NCBI RefSeq assembly: GCF_009914755.1
Contig: NC_060946.1
Source of the DNA: the human T2T-CHM13v2.0 reference genome, Homo sapiens
DNA length: 64,000 bases
Reading direction: 5' to 3' (one strand)
Shown here: positions 38,605 through 52,700 of the stretch, one piece after another
Numbering within the stretch: the stretch's first letter is position 1
Layout of the letters: the number at the start of each line of letters is the position of its first letter
Program-made: the position numbers and the translations under genes
The notes under the pieces: model-generated
The model's database searches: none
Seen by the model: only the letters and a program-made list of their open reading frames with translations
Told to the model about the DNA's origin: nothing

Positions 38605-41600
38605 CTAGGATGTGCCTAAATTAACTTTTTGACATAACCCTGTACTGATCATCCAGGTGATGGAGCTTTTGTCTAGGCTCTGCCTAAGGGGGCATTGTGA
38701 CATATTTCTGCATTGATCCCCCAGGTGGCGAACTCTTCTCTCGGATCTGCCTATGGGGGCATTGTGAGAAATCTCTGCACTGATCACCCAGGTGATGTAA
38801 CTGTTGTGTAACCTCTGCCTACAGGGGAATTGTGAGAGATCTCGTCACTGATTACCCAAGTGATGTAACCGTTGTCTGGGCTTTGCGTACAGGGGGCCTT
38901 GTGACATACCTTTGCACTGATCACCCAGGTGATGTAACACATCTAAGTTCGGCCTAAAGGAGCTTTGTGACTTATCTCTGCACTGATCGCTTAGGTGATG
39001 TAACACTTTTATAATCACTGCCTACAGGGAATTTTGACAAATGTCTGCACTGATCACCTAGGTGATGTAACTCTTGTCTACCCTCTGTCCAACGGGGCAT
39101 TGTGAAATATCTCTGCACTGATCACCCAGGTGATTCAACTCTTGACTAGGAACTGCCTACTTAGGTTATTGTGAAATATCTCTGCACTGATAAACTAGGT
39201 GGTGTAACCCTTGTCCAAGCTCTGCCTACAGGGGCGTTTCCACATATCCCTGAACTGATGACAGAGGTGATGTAACTCTTGCCTAGGCTTTGCCTACAGG
39301 GAACATTGGACATATATCTGCACTGATCACCCAGGTGATGCAACTCTTGCCTAGGCTTTGCCTACAGGGGACATTGTGACATATCTCTTCAATGATCACT
39401 CATGTGATGCATCTCTTGCCTAGGCTTTGCCTACAGGGGACATTGTGACATATCTCTGCACTGATCTCCCAGGTGCTGTAACTTTAGTCTAGGCTCTGGC
39501 TACACGGCATTGTGACATATCACTGCACTGATCAACCAGGTGATATAAGTCTTGTATAGGCTCTGCCTACAGGGGGATTGTGACCTACCTCTGCACTGAT
39601 CACCCAGGTGATATAACTCTTCTCTAGGATCTTCCTACAGGGTACTTTGTGACATATCCCTGCACTGATCACCCATGTGATCTATCTCTGGTCTAAGCTC
39701 TGCCTAAAGGGGCTTTGTGACAGATCTCTGCACTGATCACTCAGGTTATGTAAGTATTGTCTAGGCTCTGCTTCAAGGTGCCTTGTCACATATCTCTGCA
39801 CTGATCACCCAGGTGATGTAACTCTTGTCTAGGCTCTGCTTCCAGGGCATATTGTGACATATCTATGCACTGATCACCTTAGTGATGTAACACTTTGGTA
39901 CGCTCGGCCTACAGGGGAATCTTGACATATCTCTGCACTGTTAACCGAGGTGATTTAACTCTTGTCTAGGCTGTGCCAACAGGGGGATTGAGACATATCT
40001 CTGCACTGATCCCGAGGTGATACAACTCTTGCCTGTTCTCTGCCTACTGTGGACATTGTGACATATCTCTGCACTGATCTCCCAGGTGCTGTAACTTTAG
40101 TCTAGGCTCTGGCGACACGGCATTGTGACATATCACTGCACTGATCACCCAGGCGATATAACTCTTCTCTAGTATCTCACCACAGGGTGCTTTGTGACAT
40201 ATCCCTGCAATGATCACCCAGGTGATATACCACTTGCCAAGGCTCTGCCTACAGGGGCATTGCAATGTATCTCTGCACTGATCACCTAGGTCTTGTAGCT
40301 CTTTTCTAGGATCTGCCTACAGGGTGCTTTGTGACGTGTCCCAGCAAGGATTACCCAGGTGATGTACCTCTCATCAAGGCTCTGCCTACAGGCACATTGT
40401 GATGTATCTCTGCACTGATCACCTAGGTCATGTAAATTTTGTCTAGGCTCTACCTACGATGGCATTGTGACATATCTCTGCACTAATCATCCAAGTGATG
40501 TAACTCTTGTCTAGGATGTGCCTAAATTAACTTTTTGACATAACCCTGTACTGATCATCCAGGTGATGGAGCTTTTGTCTAGGCTCTGCCTAAGGGGGCA
40601 TTGTGACATATTTCTGCATTGATCCCCCAGGTGGCGAACTCTTCTCTCGGATCTGCCTATGGGGGCATTGTGAGAAATCTCTGCACTGATCACCCAGGTG
40701 ATGTAACTGTTGTGTAACCTCTGCCTACAGGGGAATTGTGAGAGATCTCGCCACTGATTACCCAAGTGATGTAACCGTTGTCTAGGCTTTGCGTACAGGG
40801 GGCTTTGTGACATACCTTTGCACTGATCACCCAGGTGATGTAACACATCTAAGTTCGGCCTAAAGGAGCTTTGTGACATATCTCTGCACTGATCGCTTAG
40901 GTGATGTAGCACTTTTATAATCACTGCCTACAGGGAATTTTGACAAATGTCTGCACTGATCACCTAGGTGATGTAACTCTTGTCTACCCTCTGTCCAACG
41001 GGGCATTGTGAAATATCTCTGCACTGATCACCCAGGTGATTCAACTCTTGACTAGGAACTGCCTACAGAGGTTATTGTGAAATATCTCTGAACTGATAAA
41101 CTAGGTGGTGTAAACCTTGTCCAAACTCTGCCTACAGGGGCGTTTCCACATATCCCTGACCTGATGACAGAGGTGATGTAACTCTTGCCTAGGCTTTGCC
41201 TACAGGGCACATTGGACATATATCTGCACTGATCACCCAGGTGATGCAACTCTTGCCTAGGCTTTGCCTACAGGGGACATTGTGACATATCTCTTCAATG
41301 ATCACTCATGTGATGCATCTCTTGCCTAGGCTTTGCCTACACGGGACATTTTGACATATCTCTGCACTGATCTCCCAGGTGCTGTAACTTTAGTCTAGGC
41401 TCTGGCTACACGGCATTGTGACATATCACTGCACTGATCAACCAGGTGATATAACTCTCGTATAGGCTCTGCCTACAGGGGGATTGTGACCTACCTCTGC
41501 ACTGATCACCCAGGTGATATAACTCTTCTCTAGGATCTTCCTACAGGGTACTTTGTGACATATCCCTGCACTGATCACCCAGGTGATCTATCTCTGGTCT

Positions 41601-42416
41601 AAGCTCTGCCTAAAGGGGCATTGTGACAGATCTCTGCACTGATCACTCAGGTGATGTAAGTATTGTCTAGGCTCGGCTTCAAGGGGCCTTGTCACATATC
41701 TCTGCACTGATCACCCAGGTGATGTAACTCTTGTCTAGGATCTGCTTCCAGGGCATATTGTGACATATCTATGCACTGATCACCTTAGTGATGTAACACT
41801 TTGGTAGGCTCGGCCTACAGGGGAATCTTGACATATCTCTGCACTGTTAACCGAGGTGATTTAACTCTTGTCTAGGCTGTGCCCACAGGGGGATTGAGAC
41901 ATATCTCTGCACTGATCCCGAGGTGATACAACTCTTGCCTGGTCTCTGCCTACTGTGGACATTGTGACATATCTCTGCACTAATCTCCCAGGTGCTGTAA
42001 CTTTAATCTAGGCTCTGGCTACACGGCATTGTGACATATCACTGCACTGATCACGCAGACGTTATAACTCTTCTCTAGGATCTGACCACATTGTACTTTG
42101 TGACATATCCCTGCAATGATCACCCAGGTGATATAACACTTGCCAAGGCTCTGCCTACAGGGGCATTGCAATGTATCTCTGCACTGATCACCTAGGTCTT
42201 GTAGCTATTTTCTAGGATCTGCCTACAGGGTGCTTTGTGACGTGTCCCAGCAAGGATTACCCAGGTGATGTACCTCTCATCAAGGCTCTGCCTACAGGCA
42301 CATTGTGATGTATCTCTGCACTGATCACCTAGGTCATGTAAATTTTGTCTAGGCTCTACCTACGATGGCATTGTGACATATCTCTGCACTAATCATCCAA
42401 GTGATGTAACTCTTGT
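38605..42416. repeat. Two canonical HOR units (1906 bp each)
   Basis: Landmarks at 38605, 40511 and 42417. Confidence 0.92.
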
Positions 42417-43709
42417 CTAGGATGTGCCTAAATTAACTTTTTGACATAACCCTGTACTGATCATCCAGGTGATGGAGCTTTTGTCTAGGCTCTGCCTAAG
42501 GGGGCATTGTGACATATTTCTGCATTGATCCCCCAGGTGGCGAACTCTTCTCTCGGATCTGCCTATGGGGGCATTGTGAGAAATCTCTGCACTGATCACC
42601 CAGGTGATGTAACTGTTGTGTAACCTCTGCCTACAGGGGAATTGTGAGAGATCTCGTCACTGATTACCCAAGTGATGTAACCGTTGTCTAGGCTTTGCGT
42701 ACAGGGGGCTTTGTGACATACCTTTGCACTGATCACCCAGGTGATGTAACACATCTAAGTTCGGCCTAAAGGAGCTTTTTGACATATCTCTGCACTGATC
42801 ACTTAGGTGATGTAACACTTTTATAATCACTGCCTACAGGGAATTTTGACAAATCTCTGCACTGATCAGCTAGGTGATGTAACTCTTGTCTACCCTCTGT
42901 CCAACGGGGCATTGTGAAATATCTCTGCACTGATCACCCAGGTGATTCAACTCTTGACTAGGAACTGCCTACAGAGGTTATTGTGAAATATCTCTGCACT
43001 GATAAACTAGGTGGTGTAACCCTTCTCCAAGCTCTGCCTGCAGGTGCGTTTCCACATATACCTGAACTGATGACAGAGGTGATGTAACTCTTGCCTAGGC
43101 TTTGCCTACAGGGAACATTGGACATGTATCTGCACTGATCACCCAGGTGATGCAACTCTTGCCTAGGCTTTGCCTACAGGGGACATTGTGACATATCTCT
43201 TCAATGATCAGTCATGTGATGCATCTCTTGCCTAGGCTTTGCCTACAGGGGACATTGTGACATATCTCTACACTGATCTCCCAGGTGCTGTAACTTTTGT
43301 CTAGGCTCTGGCTACACGGCATTGTGACATATCACTGCACTGATCACCCAGGCGATATAACTCTTCTCTAGGATCTGACCACAGGGTGCTTTGTGACATA
43401 TCCCTTCAATGATCACCCAGGTGATATACCACTTGCCAAGGCTCTGCCTACAGGGGCATTGCAATGTATCTCTGCACTGATCACCTAGGTCTTGAAGCTA
43501 TTTTCTAGGATCTGCCTACAGGGTGCTTTGTGACGTGTCCCAGCACGGATTTCCCAGGTGATGTACCTCTCATCAAGGCTCTTCCTACAGGCACATTGTG
43601 ATGTATCTGTGCACTGATCACCTAGGTCATGTAAATTTTGTCTAGGCTCTACCTACGATGGCATTGTGACATATCTCTGCACTAATCATCCAAGTGATGT
43701 AACTCTTGT
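42417..43709. repeat. Second truncated 19-mer HOR (1293 bp)
   Basis: Landmark spacing 42417 to 43710. A single fused copy of the internal repeat lies at about 43250-43346. Confidence 0.93.
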
Positions 43710-46700
43710 CTAGGATGTGCCTAAATTAACTTTTTGACATAACCCTGTACTGATCATCCAGGTGATGGAGCTTTTGTCTAGGCTCTGCCTAAGGGGGCAT
43801 TGTGACATATTTCTGCATTGATCACCCAGGTGGCGAACTCTTCTCTCGGATCTGCCTATGAGGGCATTGTGAGAAATGTCTGCACTGATCACCCAGGTGA
43901 TGTAACTGTTGTGTAACCTCTGCCTACAGGGGAATTGTGAGAGATCTCGTCACTGATTACCCAAGTGATGTAACCGTTGTCTAGGCTTTGCGTACAAGGG
44001 GCTTTGTTACATACCTTTGCACTGATCACCCAGGTGATGTAACACATCCAAGTTCGGCCTAAAGGAGCTTTGTGACATATCTCTGCACTGATCACTTAGG
44101 TGATGTAACACATTTATAATCACTGCCTACAGGGAATTTTGACAAATCTCTGCACTGATCACCTAGGTGATGTAACTCTTGTCTACCGTCTGTCCAACGG
44201 GGCATTGTGAAATATCTCTGCACTGATCACCCAGGTGATTCAACTCTTGACTAGGAACTGCCTACAGAGGTTATTGTGAAATATCTCTGCACTGATAAAA
44301 CAGGTGGTGTAACCCTTGACTAATCTCTGCCTACAGGGGCGTTTCCACATATCCCTGAACTGATGACAGAGGTGATGTAACTCTTGCCTAGGCTTTGCCT
44401 ATAGGGAACATTGGACATATATCTGCACTGATCACCCAGGTGATGCAACTCTTGCCTAGGCTTTGCTTACAGGGGACATTGTGACATATCTCTTCAATGA
44501 TCACTCATGTGATGCATCTCTTGCCTAGGCTTTGCCTACAGGGGACATTGAGACATATCTCTGCACTGATCTCCCAGGTGCTGTAACTTTAGTCTAGGCT
44601 CTGGCTACACGGTATTGTGACATATCACTGCACTGATCAACCAGGTGATATAACTATTATATAGGCTCTACCTACAGGGGGATTGTGACCTACCTCTGCA
44701 CTGATCACCCAGGTGATATAACTCTTCTCTAGGATCTGCCTACAGGGTACTTTGTGACATATCCCTGCACTGATCACCCAGGTGATCTATCTCGGGTCTA
44801 AGCTCTGCCTAAAGGGGCATTGTGACAGATCTCTGCACTGATCACTCAGGTGATGTAAGTATTGTCTAGGCTCTGATTCAAGGGGCCTTGTCACATATCC
44901 CTGCATTGATCACCCAGATGATGTAACTCTTGTCTAGGCTCTGCTTCCAGGGCACATTGTGACATATCTATGCACTGATCACCTTAGTGATGTAACACTT
45001 TGGTAGGCTCGGCCTACAGGGGAATCTTGACATATCTCTGCACTGTTAACCGAGGTGATTTAACCCTTGTCTAGGCTGTGCCCACAGGGGGATTGAGACA
45101 TATCTCTGCACTGATCCCGAGGTGATACAACTCTTGCCTGGTCTCTGCCTACTGTGGACGTTGTGAAATATCTCTGCACTGATCTCCCAGGTGCTGTAAC
45201 TTTAGACTAGGCTCTGGCTACACGGCATTGTGACATATCACTGCACTGATCACACAGGCGATATAACTCTTCTCTAGGATCTGACCACAGGGTGCTTTGT
45301 GACATATCCCTGCAATGATCACCCAGGTGATATACCACTTGCCAAGGCTCTGCCTACAGAGGCATTGCAATGTATCTCTGCACTGATCACCTAGGTCTTG
45401 TAGCTATTTTCTAGGAACTGCTTACAGGTTGCTTTGTGACGTGTCCCAGCAAGGATTACCCAGGTGATGTACCTCTCATCAAGGCTCTGCCTACAGGCAC
45501 ATTGTGATGTATCTCTACACTGATCACCTAGGCCATGTAAATTTTGTCTAGGCTCTACCTATGATGGCATTGTGACATATCTCTGCACTAATCATCCAAG
45601 TGATGTAAGTCTTGTCTAGGATGTGCCTAAATTAACTTTTTGACATAACCCTGTACTGATCATCCAGGTGATGGAGCTTTTGTCTAGGCTCTACCTAAGG
45701 GGGCATTGTGACATATTTCTGCATTGATCCCCCAGGTGGCGAACTCTTCTCTCGGATCTGCCTATGGGGGCATTGTGAGAAATCTCTGCACTGATCACCC
45801 AGGTGATGTAACAGTTGTGTAACCTCTGCCTACAGGGGAATTGTGAGAGATCTCGTCACTGATTACCCAAGTGATATAACCGTTGTCTAGGCTTTGCGTA
45901 CAGGTTTCTTTGTGACATAACTTTGCACTGATCACCCAGGTGATGTAACACATCCAAGTTCGGCCTAAAGGAGCTTTGTGACATATCTCTGCACTGATCA
46001 CTTAGGTGATGTAACACTTTTATAATCACTGCCTACAGGGAATTTCGACAAATCTCTGCACTGATCACCTAGGTGATGTAACTCTTGTCTACCGTCTGTC
46101 CAACGGGGCATTGTGAAATATCTCTGCACTGATCACCAAGGTGATTCAACTCTTGACTAGGAACTGCCTACAGAGGTTATTGTGAAATATCTCTGCACTG
46201 ATAAAATAGGTGGTGTAACCCTTGTCCAAGCTCTGCCTACAGGGGCGTTTCCACATATCCCTGAACTGATGACAGAGGTGATGTAACTCTTGCCTAGGCT
46301 TTGCCTACAGGGAACATTGGACATATATCTGCACTGATCACCCAGGTGATGCAACTCTTGCCTAGGCTTTGCTTACAGGGGACATTGTGACATATCTCTT
46401 CAGTGATCACTCATGTGATGCATCTCTTGACTAGGCTTTGCCTACAGGGGACATTGTGACATATCTCTGCACTGATCTGCCAGGTGCTGTCACTTTAGTC
46501 TAGGCTCTGGCTACACGGCATTGTGACATATCACTGCACTGATCAACCAGGTGATATAACCCTTGTATGGGCTCTGCCTACAGGGGGATTGTGAACTACC
46601 TCTGCACTGATCACCCAGGTGATATAACTCTTCTCTAGGATCTTCCTACCGGTTACTTTGTGACATATCCCTGCACTGATCACCCAGGTGATCTATCTCT

Positions 46701-49700
46701 TGTCTAAGCTCTGCCTAAAGGGGCATTGTGACAGATCTCTGCACTGATCACTCAGGTGATGTAAGTATTGTCTAGGCTCTGCTTCAAGGGGCCTTGTCAC
46801 ATATCTCTGCACTGATCACCCAGGTGATGTAACTCTTGTCTAGGCTCTGCTTCCAGGGCATATTGTGACATATCTATGCACTGATCACCTTAGTGATGTA
46901 ACACTTTGGTAGGCTCGGCCTACAGGGGAATCTTGACATATCTCTGCACTGTTAACCGAGGTGATTTAACTCTTGTCTAGGCTGTGCCCACAGGGGGATT
47001 GAAACATATCTCTGCACTGATCCCGAGGTGATACAACTCTTGCCTTGTCTCTGCCTACTGTGGACATTGTGACATATCTCTGCACTGATCTCCCAGGTGC
47101 TGTAACTTTAGTCTAGGCTCTGGCTACAGGGCATTGTGACATGTCACTGCACTGATCACCCAGGCGATATAACTCTTCTCTAGGATCTGACCACAGGGTG
47201 CTTTGTGACATATCCCTGCAATGATCACCCAGGTGATATACCACTTGCCAAGGCTCTGCCTACAGGGGCTTTGCAATGTATCTCTGCACTGATCACCTAG
47301 GTCTTGTAGCTATTTTCTAGGATCTGCCTACAGGGTGCTTTGTGACGTGTCCCAGCAAGGATTTCCCAGGTGATGTACCTCTCATCAAGGCTCTTCCTAC
47401 AGGCACATTGTGATGTATCTCTGCACTGATCACCTAGGTCATGTAAATTTTGTCTAGGCTCTACCTACGATGGCATTGTGACATATCTCTGCACTAATCA
47501 TCCAAGTGATGTAACTCTTGTCTAGGATGTGCCTAAATTAACTTTTTGACATAACCCTGTACTGATCATCCAGGTGATGGAGCTTTTGTCTAGGCTCTGC
47601 CTAAGGGGGCATTGTGACATATTTCTGCATTGATCACCCAGGTGGCGAACTCTTCTCTCGGATCTGCCTATGGGGGCATTGTGAGAAATTTCTGCCCTGA
47701 TCACCCAGGTGATGGAACTGTTGTGTAACCTCTGCCTACAGGGGAATTGTGAGAGATCTCGTCACTGATTACCCAAGTGATGTAACCGTTGTCTAGGCTT
47801 TGCGTACAAGGGGCTTTGTGACATAACTTTGCACTGATCACCCAGGTGATGTAACACATCCAAGTTCGGCCTAAAGGAGCTTTGTGACATATCTCTGCAC
47901 TGATCACTTAGGTGATGTAACACTTTTATAATCACTGCCTACAGGGAATTTTGACAAATCTCTGCACTGATCACCTAGGTGATGTAACTCTTGTCTACCC
48001 TCTGTCCAACGGGGCATTGTGAAATATCTCTGCACTGATCACCCAGGTGATTCAACTCTTGACTAGGAACTGCCTACAGAGGTTATTGTGAAATATCTCT
48101 GCACTGATAAACTAGGTGGTGTAACCCTTGTCCAAGCTCTGCCTACAGGGGCGTTTCCACATATCCCTGAACTGATGACAGAGGTGATGTAACTCTTGCC
48201 TAGGCTTTGCCTACAGGGAACATTGGACATATATCTGCACCGATCACCCAGGTGATGCAACTCTTGCCTAGGCTTTGCCTACAGGGGACATTGTGACATA
48301 TCTCTTCAATGATCAGTCATGTGATGCATCTCTTGCCTAGGCTTTGCCTACAGGGGACATTGTGACATATCTCTACACTGATCTCCCAGGTGCTGTCACT
48401 TTAGTCTAGGCTCTGGCTACACGGCATTGTGACATATCACTGCACTGATCAACCAGGTGATATAACCCTTGTATGGGCTCTGCCTACAGGGGGATTGTGA
48501 ACTACCTCTGCACTGATCAAACAGGTGATATAACTCTTCTCTAGGATCTTCCTACCGGGTACTTTGTGACATATCCCTGCACTGATCACCCAGGTGATCT
48601 ATCTCTTGTCTAAGCTCTGCCTAAAGGGGCATTGTGACAGATCTCTGCACTGATCACTCAGGTGATGTAAGTATTGTCTAGGCTCTGCTTCAAGGGGCCT
48701 TGTCACATATCTCTGCACTGATCACCCAGGTGATGTAACTCTTGTCTAGGCTCTGCTTCCAGGGCATATTGTGACATATCTATGCACTGATCACCTTAGT
48801 GATGTAACACTTTGGTAGGCTCGGCCTACAGGGGAATCTTGACATATCTCTGCACTGTTAACCGAGGTGATTTAACTCTTGTCTAGGCTGTGCCCACAGG
48901 GGGATTGAAACATATCTCTGCACTGATCCCGAGGTGATACAACTCTTGCCTTGTCTCTGCCTACTGTGGACATTGTGACATATCTCTGCACTGATCTCCC
49001 AGGTGCTGTAACTTTAGTCTAGGCTCTGGCTACAGGGCATTGTGACATATCACTGCACTGATCACCCAGGCGATATAACTCTTCTCTAGGATCTGACCAC
49101 AGGGTGCTTTGTGACATATCCCTGCAATGATCACCCAGGTGATATACCACTTGCCAAGGCTCTGCCTACAGGGGCTTTGCAATGTATCTCTGCACTGATC
49201 ACCTAGGTCTTGTAGCTATTTTCTAGGATCTGCCTACAGGGTGCTTTGTGACGTGTCCCAGCAAGGATTTCCCAGGTGATGTACCTCTCATCAAGGCTCT
49301 TCCTACAGGCACATTGTGATGTATCTCTGCACTGATCACCTAGGTCATGTAAATTTTGTCTAGGCTCTACCTACGATGGCATTGTGACATATCTCTGCAC
49401 TAATCATCCAAGTGATGTAACTCTTGTCTAGGATGTGCCTAAATTAACTTTTTGACATAACCCTGTACTGATCATCCAGGTGATGGAGCTTTTGTCTAGG
49501 CTCTGCCTAAGGGGGCATTGTGACATATTTCTGCATTGATCACCCAGGTGGCGAACTCTTCTCTCGGATCTGCCTATGGGGGCATTGTGAGAAATTTCTG
49601 CACTGATCACCCAGGTGATGTAACTGTTGTGTAACCTCTGCCTACAGGGGAATTGTGAGAGATCTCGTCACTGATTACCCAAGTGATGTAACCGTTGTCT

Positions 49701-52700
49701 AGGCTTTGCGTACAAGGGGCTTTGTGACATACCTTTGCACTGATCACCCAGGTGATGTAACACATCCAAGTTCGGCCTAAAGGAGTTTTGTGACATATCT
49801 CTGCACTGATCACTTAGGTGATGTAACACTTTTATAATCACTGCCTACAGGGAATTTTGACAAATCTCTGCACTGATCACCTAGGTGATGTAACTCTTGT
49901 CTACCCTCTGTCCAACGGGGCATTGTGAAATATCTCTGCACTGATCACCCAGGTGATTCAACTCTTGACTAGGAACTGCCTACAGAGGTTATTGTGAAAT
50001 ATCTCTGCACTGATAAACTAGGTGGTGTAACCCTTGTCCAAGCTCTGCCTACAGGGGCGTTTCCACATATCCCTGAACTGATGACAGAGGTGATGTAACT
50101 CTTGCCTAGGCTTTGCCTACAGGGAACATTGGACATATATCTGCACCGATCACCCAGGTGATGCAACTCTTGCCTAGGCTTTGCCTACAGGGGACATTGT
50201 GACATATCTCTTCAATGATCAGTCATGTGATGCATCTCTTGCCTAGGCTTTGCCTACAGGGGACATTGTGACATATCTCTACACTGATCTCCCAGGTGCT
50301 GTCACTTTAGTCTAGGCTCTGGCTACACGGCATTGTGACATATCACTGCACTGATCAACCAGGTGATATAACCCTTGTATGGGCTCTGCCTACAGGGGGA
50401 TTGTGAACTACCTCTGCACTGATCACCCAGGTGATATAACTCTTCTCTAGGATCTTCCTACCGGGTACTTTGTGACATATCCCTGCACTGATCACCCAGG
50501 TGATCTATCTCTTGTCTAAGCTCTGCCTAAAGGGGCATTGTGACAGATCTCTGCACTGATCACTCAGGTGATGTAAGTATTGTCTAGGCTCTGCTTCAAG
50601 GGGCCTTGTCACATATCTCTGCACTGATCACCCAGGTGATGTAACTCTTGTCTAGGCTCTGCTTCCAGGGCATATTGTGACATATCTATGCACTGATCAC
50701 CTTAGTGATGTAACACTTTGGTAGGCTCGGCCTACAGGGGAATCTTGACATATCTCTGCACTGTTAACCGAGGTGATTTAACTCTTGTCTAGGCTGTGCC
50801 CACAGGGGGATTGAAACATATCTCTGCACTGATCCCGAGGTGATACAACTCTTGCCTTGTCTCTGCCTACTGTGGACATTGTGACATATCTCTGCACTGA
50901 TCTCCCAGGAGCTGTAACTTTAGTCTAGGCTCTGGCTACAGGGCATTGTGACATATCACTGCACTGATCACCCAGGCGATATAACTCTTCTCTAGGATCT
51001 GACCACAGGGTGCTTTGTGACATATCCCTGCAATGATCACCCAGGTGATATACCACTTGCCAAGGCTCTGCCTACAGGGGCATTGCAATGTATCTCTGCA
51101 CTGATCACCTAGGTCTTGTAGCTATTTTCTAGGATCTGCCTAAAGGGTGCTTTGTGACGTGTCCCAGCAAGGATTACCCAGGTGATGTACCTCTCATCAA
51201 GGCTCTGCCTACAGGTACATTGTGATGTATCTCTGCACTGATCACCTAGGTCATGTAACTTTTTTCTAGGCTCTACCTACGATGGCATTGTGACATATCT
51301 CTGCACTAATCATCCAAGTGATGTAACTCTTGTCTAGGATGTGCCTAAATTAACTTTTTGACATAACCCTGTACTGATCATCCAGGTGATGGAGCTTTTG
51401 TCTAGGCTCTGCCTAAGGGGGCATTGTTACATATTTCTGCATTGATCACCCAGGTGGCGAACTCTTCTCTCGGATCTGCCTATGGGGGCATTGTGAGAAT
51501 TCTCTGCACTGATAACCCAGGTGATGTAACTGTTGTGTAACCTCTGCCTACAGGGGAATTGTGAGAGATCTCGTCAGAGATTACCCAAGTGATGTAACCG
51601 TTGTCTAGGCTTTGCGTACAGGGGGCTTTGTGACATACCTTTGCACTGATCACCCAGGTGATGTAACACATCCAAGTTCGGCCTAAAGGAGCTTTGTGAC
51701 ATTTCTCTGCACTGATCGCTTAGGTGATGTAACACTTTTATAATCACTGCCTACAGGGAATTTTGACAAATCTCTGCACTGATCACCTAGGTGATGTAAC
51801 TCTTGTCTACCCTCTGTCCAACGGGGCATTGTGAAATATCTCTGCACTGATCACCCAGGTGATTCAACTCTTGACTAGGAACTGCCTACAGAGGTTATTG
51901 TGAAATATCTCTGCACTGATAAACTAGGTGGGGTAACCATTGTCCAAGCTCTGCCTACAGGGGCGTTTCCACATATCCCTGAACTGATGACAAAGGTGAT
52001 GTAACTCTTGCCTAGGCTTTGCCTAAAGGGAACATTGGACATATATCTGCACTGATCACCCAGGTGATGCAACTCTTGCCTAGGCTTTGCCTACAGGGGA
52101 CATTGTGACATATCTCTTCAATGATCACTCATGTGATGCATCTCTTGCCTAGGCTTTGCCTACAGGGGACATTGTGACATATCTCTGCACTGATCTCCCA
52201 GGTGCTGTAGCTTTAGTCTAGGCTCTGGCTACACGGCATTGTGACATATCACTGCACTGATCAACCAGGTGATATAACTCTTGTATAGGCTGTGCCTACA
52301 GGGGGATTGTGACCTACCTCTGCACTGATCACCCAGGTGATATAACTCTTCTCTAGGATCTGCCTACAGGGTACTTTGTGACATATCCCTGCACTGATCA
52401 CCCAGGTGATCTAACTCTGGTCTAAGCTCTGCCTAAAGGGGCATTGTGACAGATCTCTGCACTGATCACTCTGGTGATGTAAGTATTGTCTAGGCTCTGC
52501 TTCAAGGGGCCTTGTCACATATCTCTGCACTGATCACCCAGGTGATGTAACTCTTGTCTAGGCTCTGCTTCCAGGGCATATTGTGACATATCTATGCACT
52601 GATCAACTTAGTGATGTAACACTTTGGTAGGCTCGGCCTACAGGGGAATCTTGACATATCTCTGCACTGTTAACCAAGGTGATTTAACTCTTGTCTAGGC

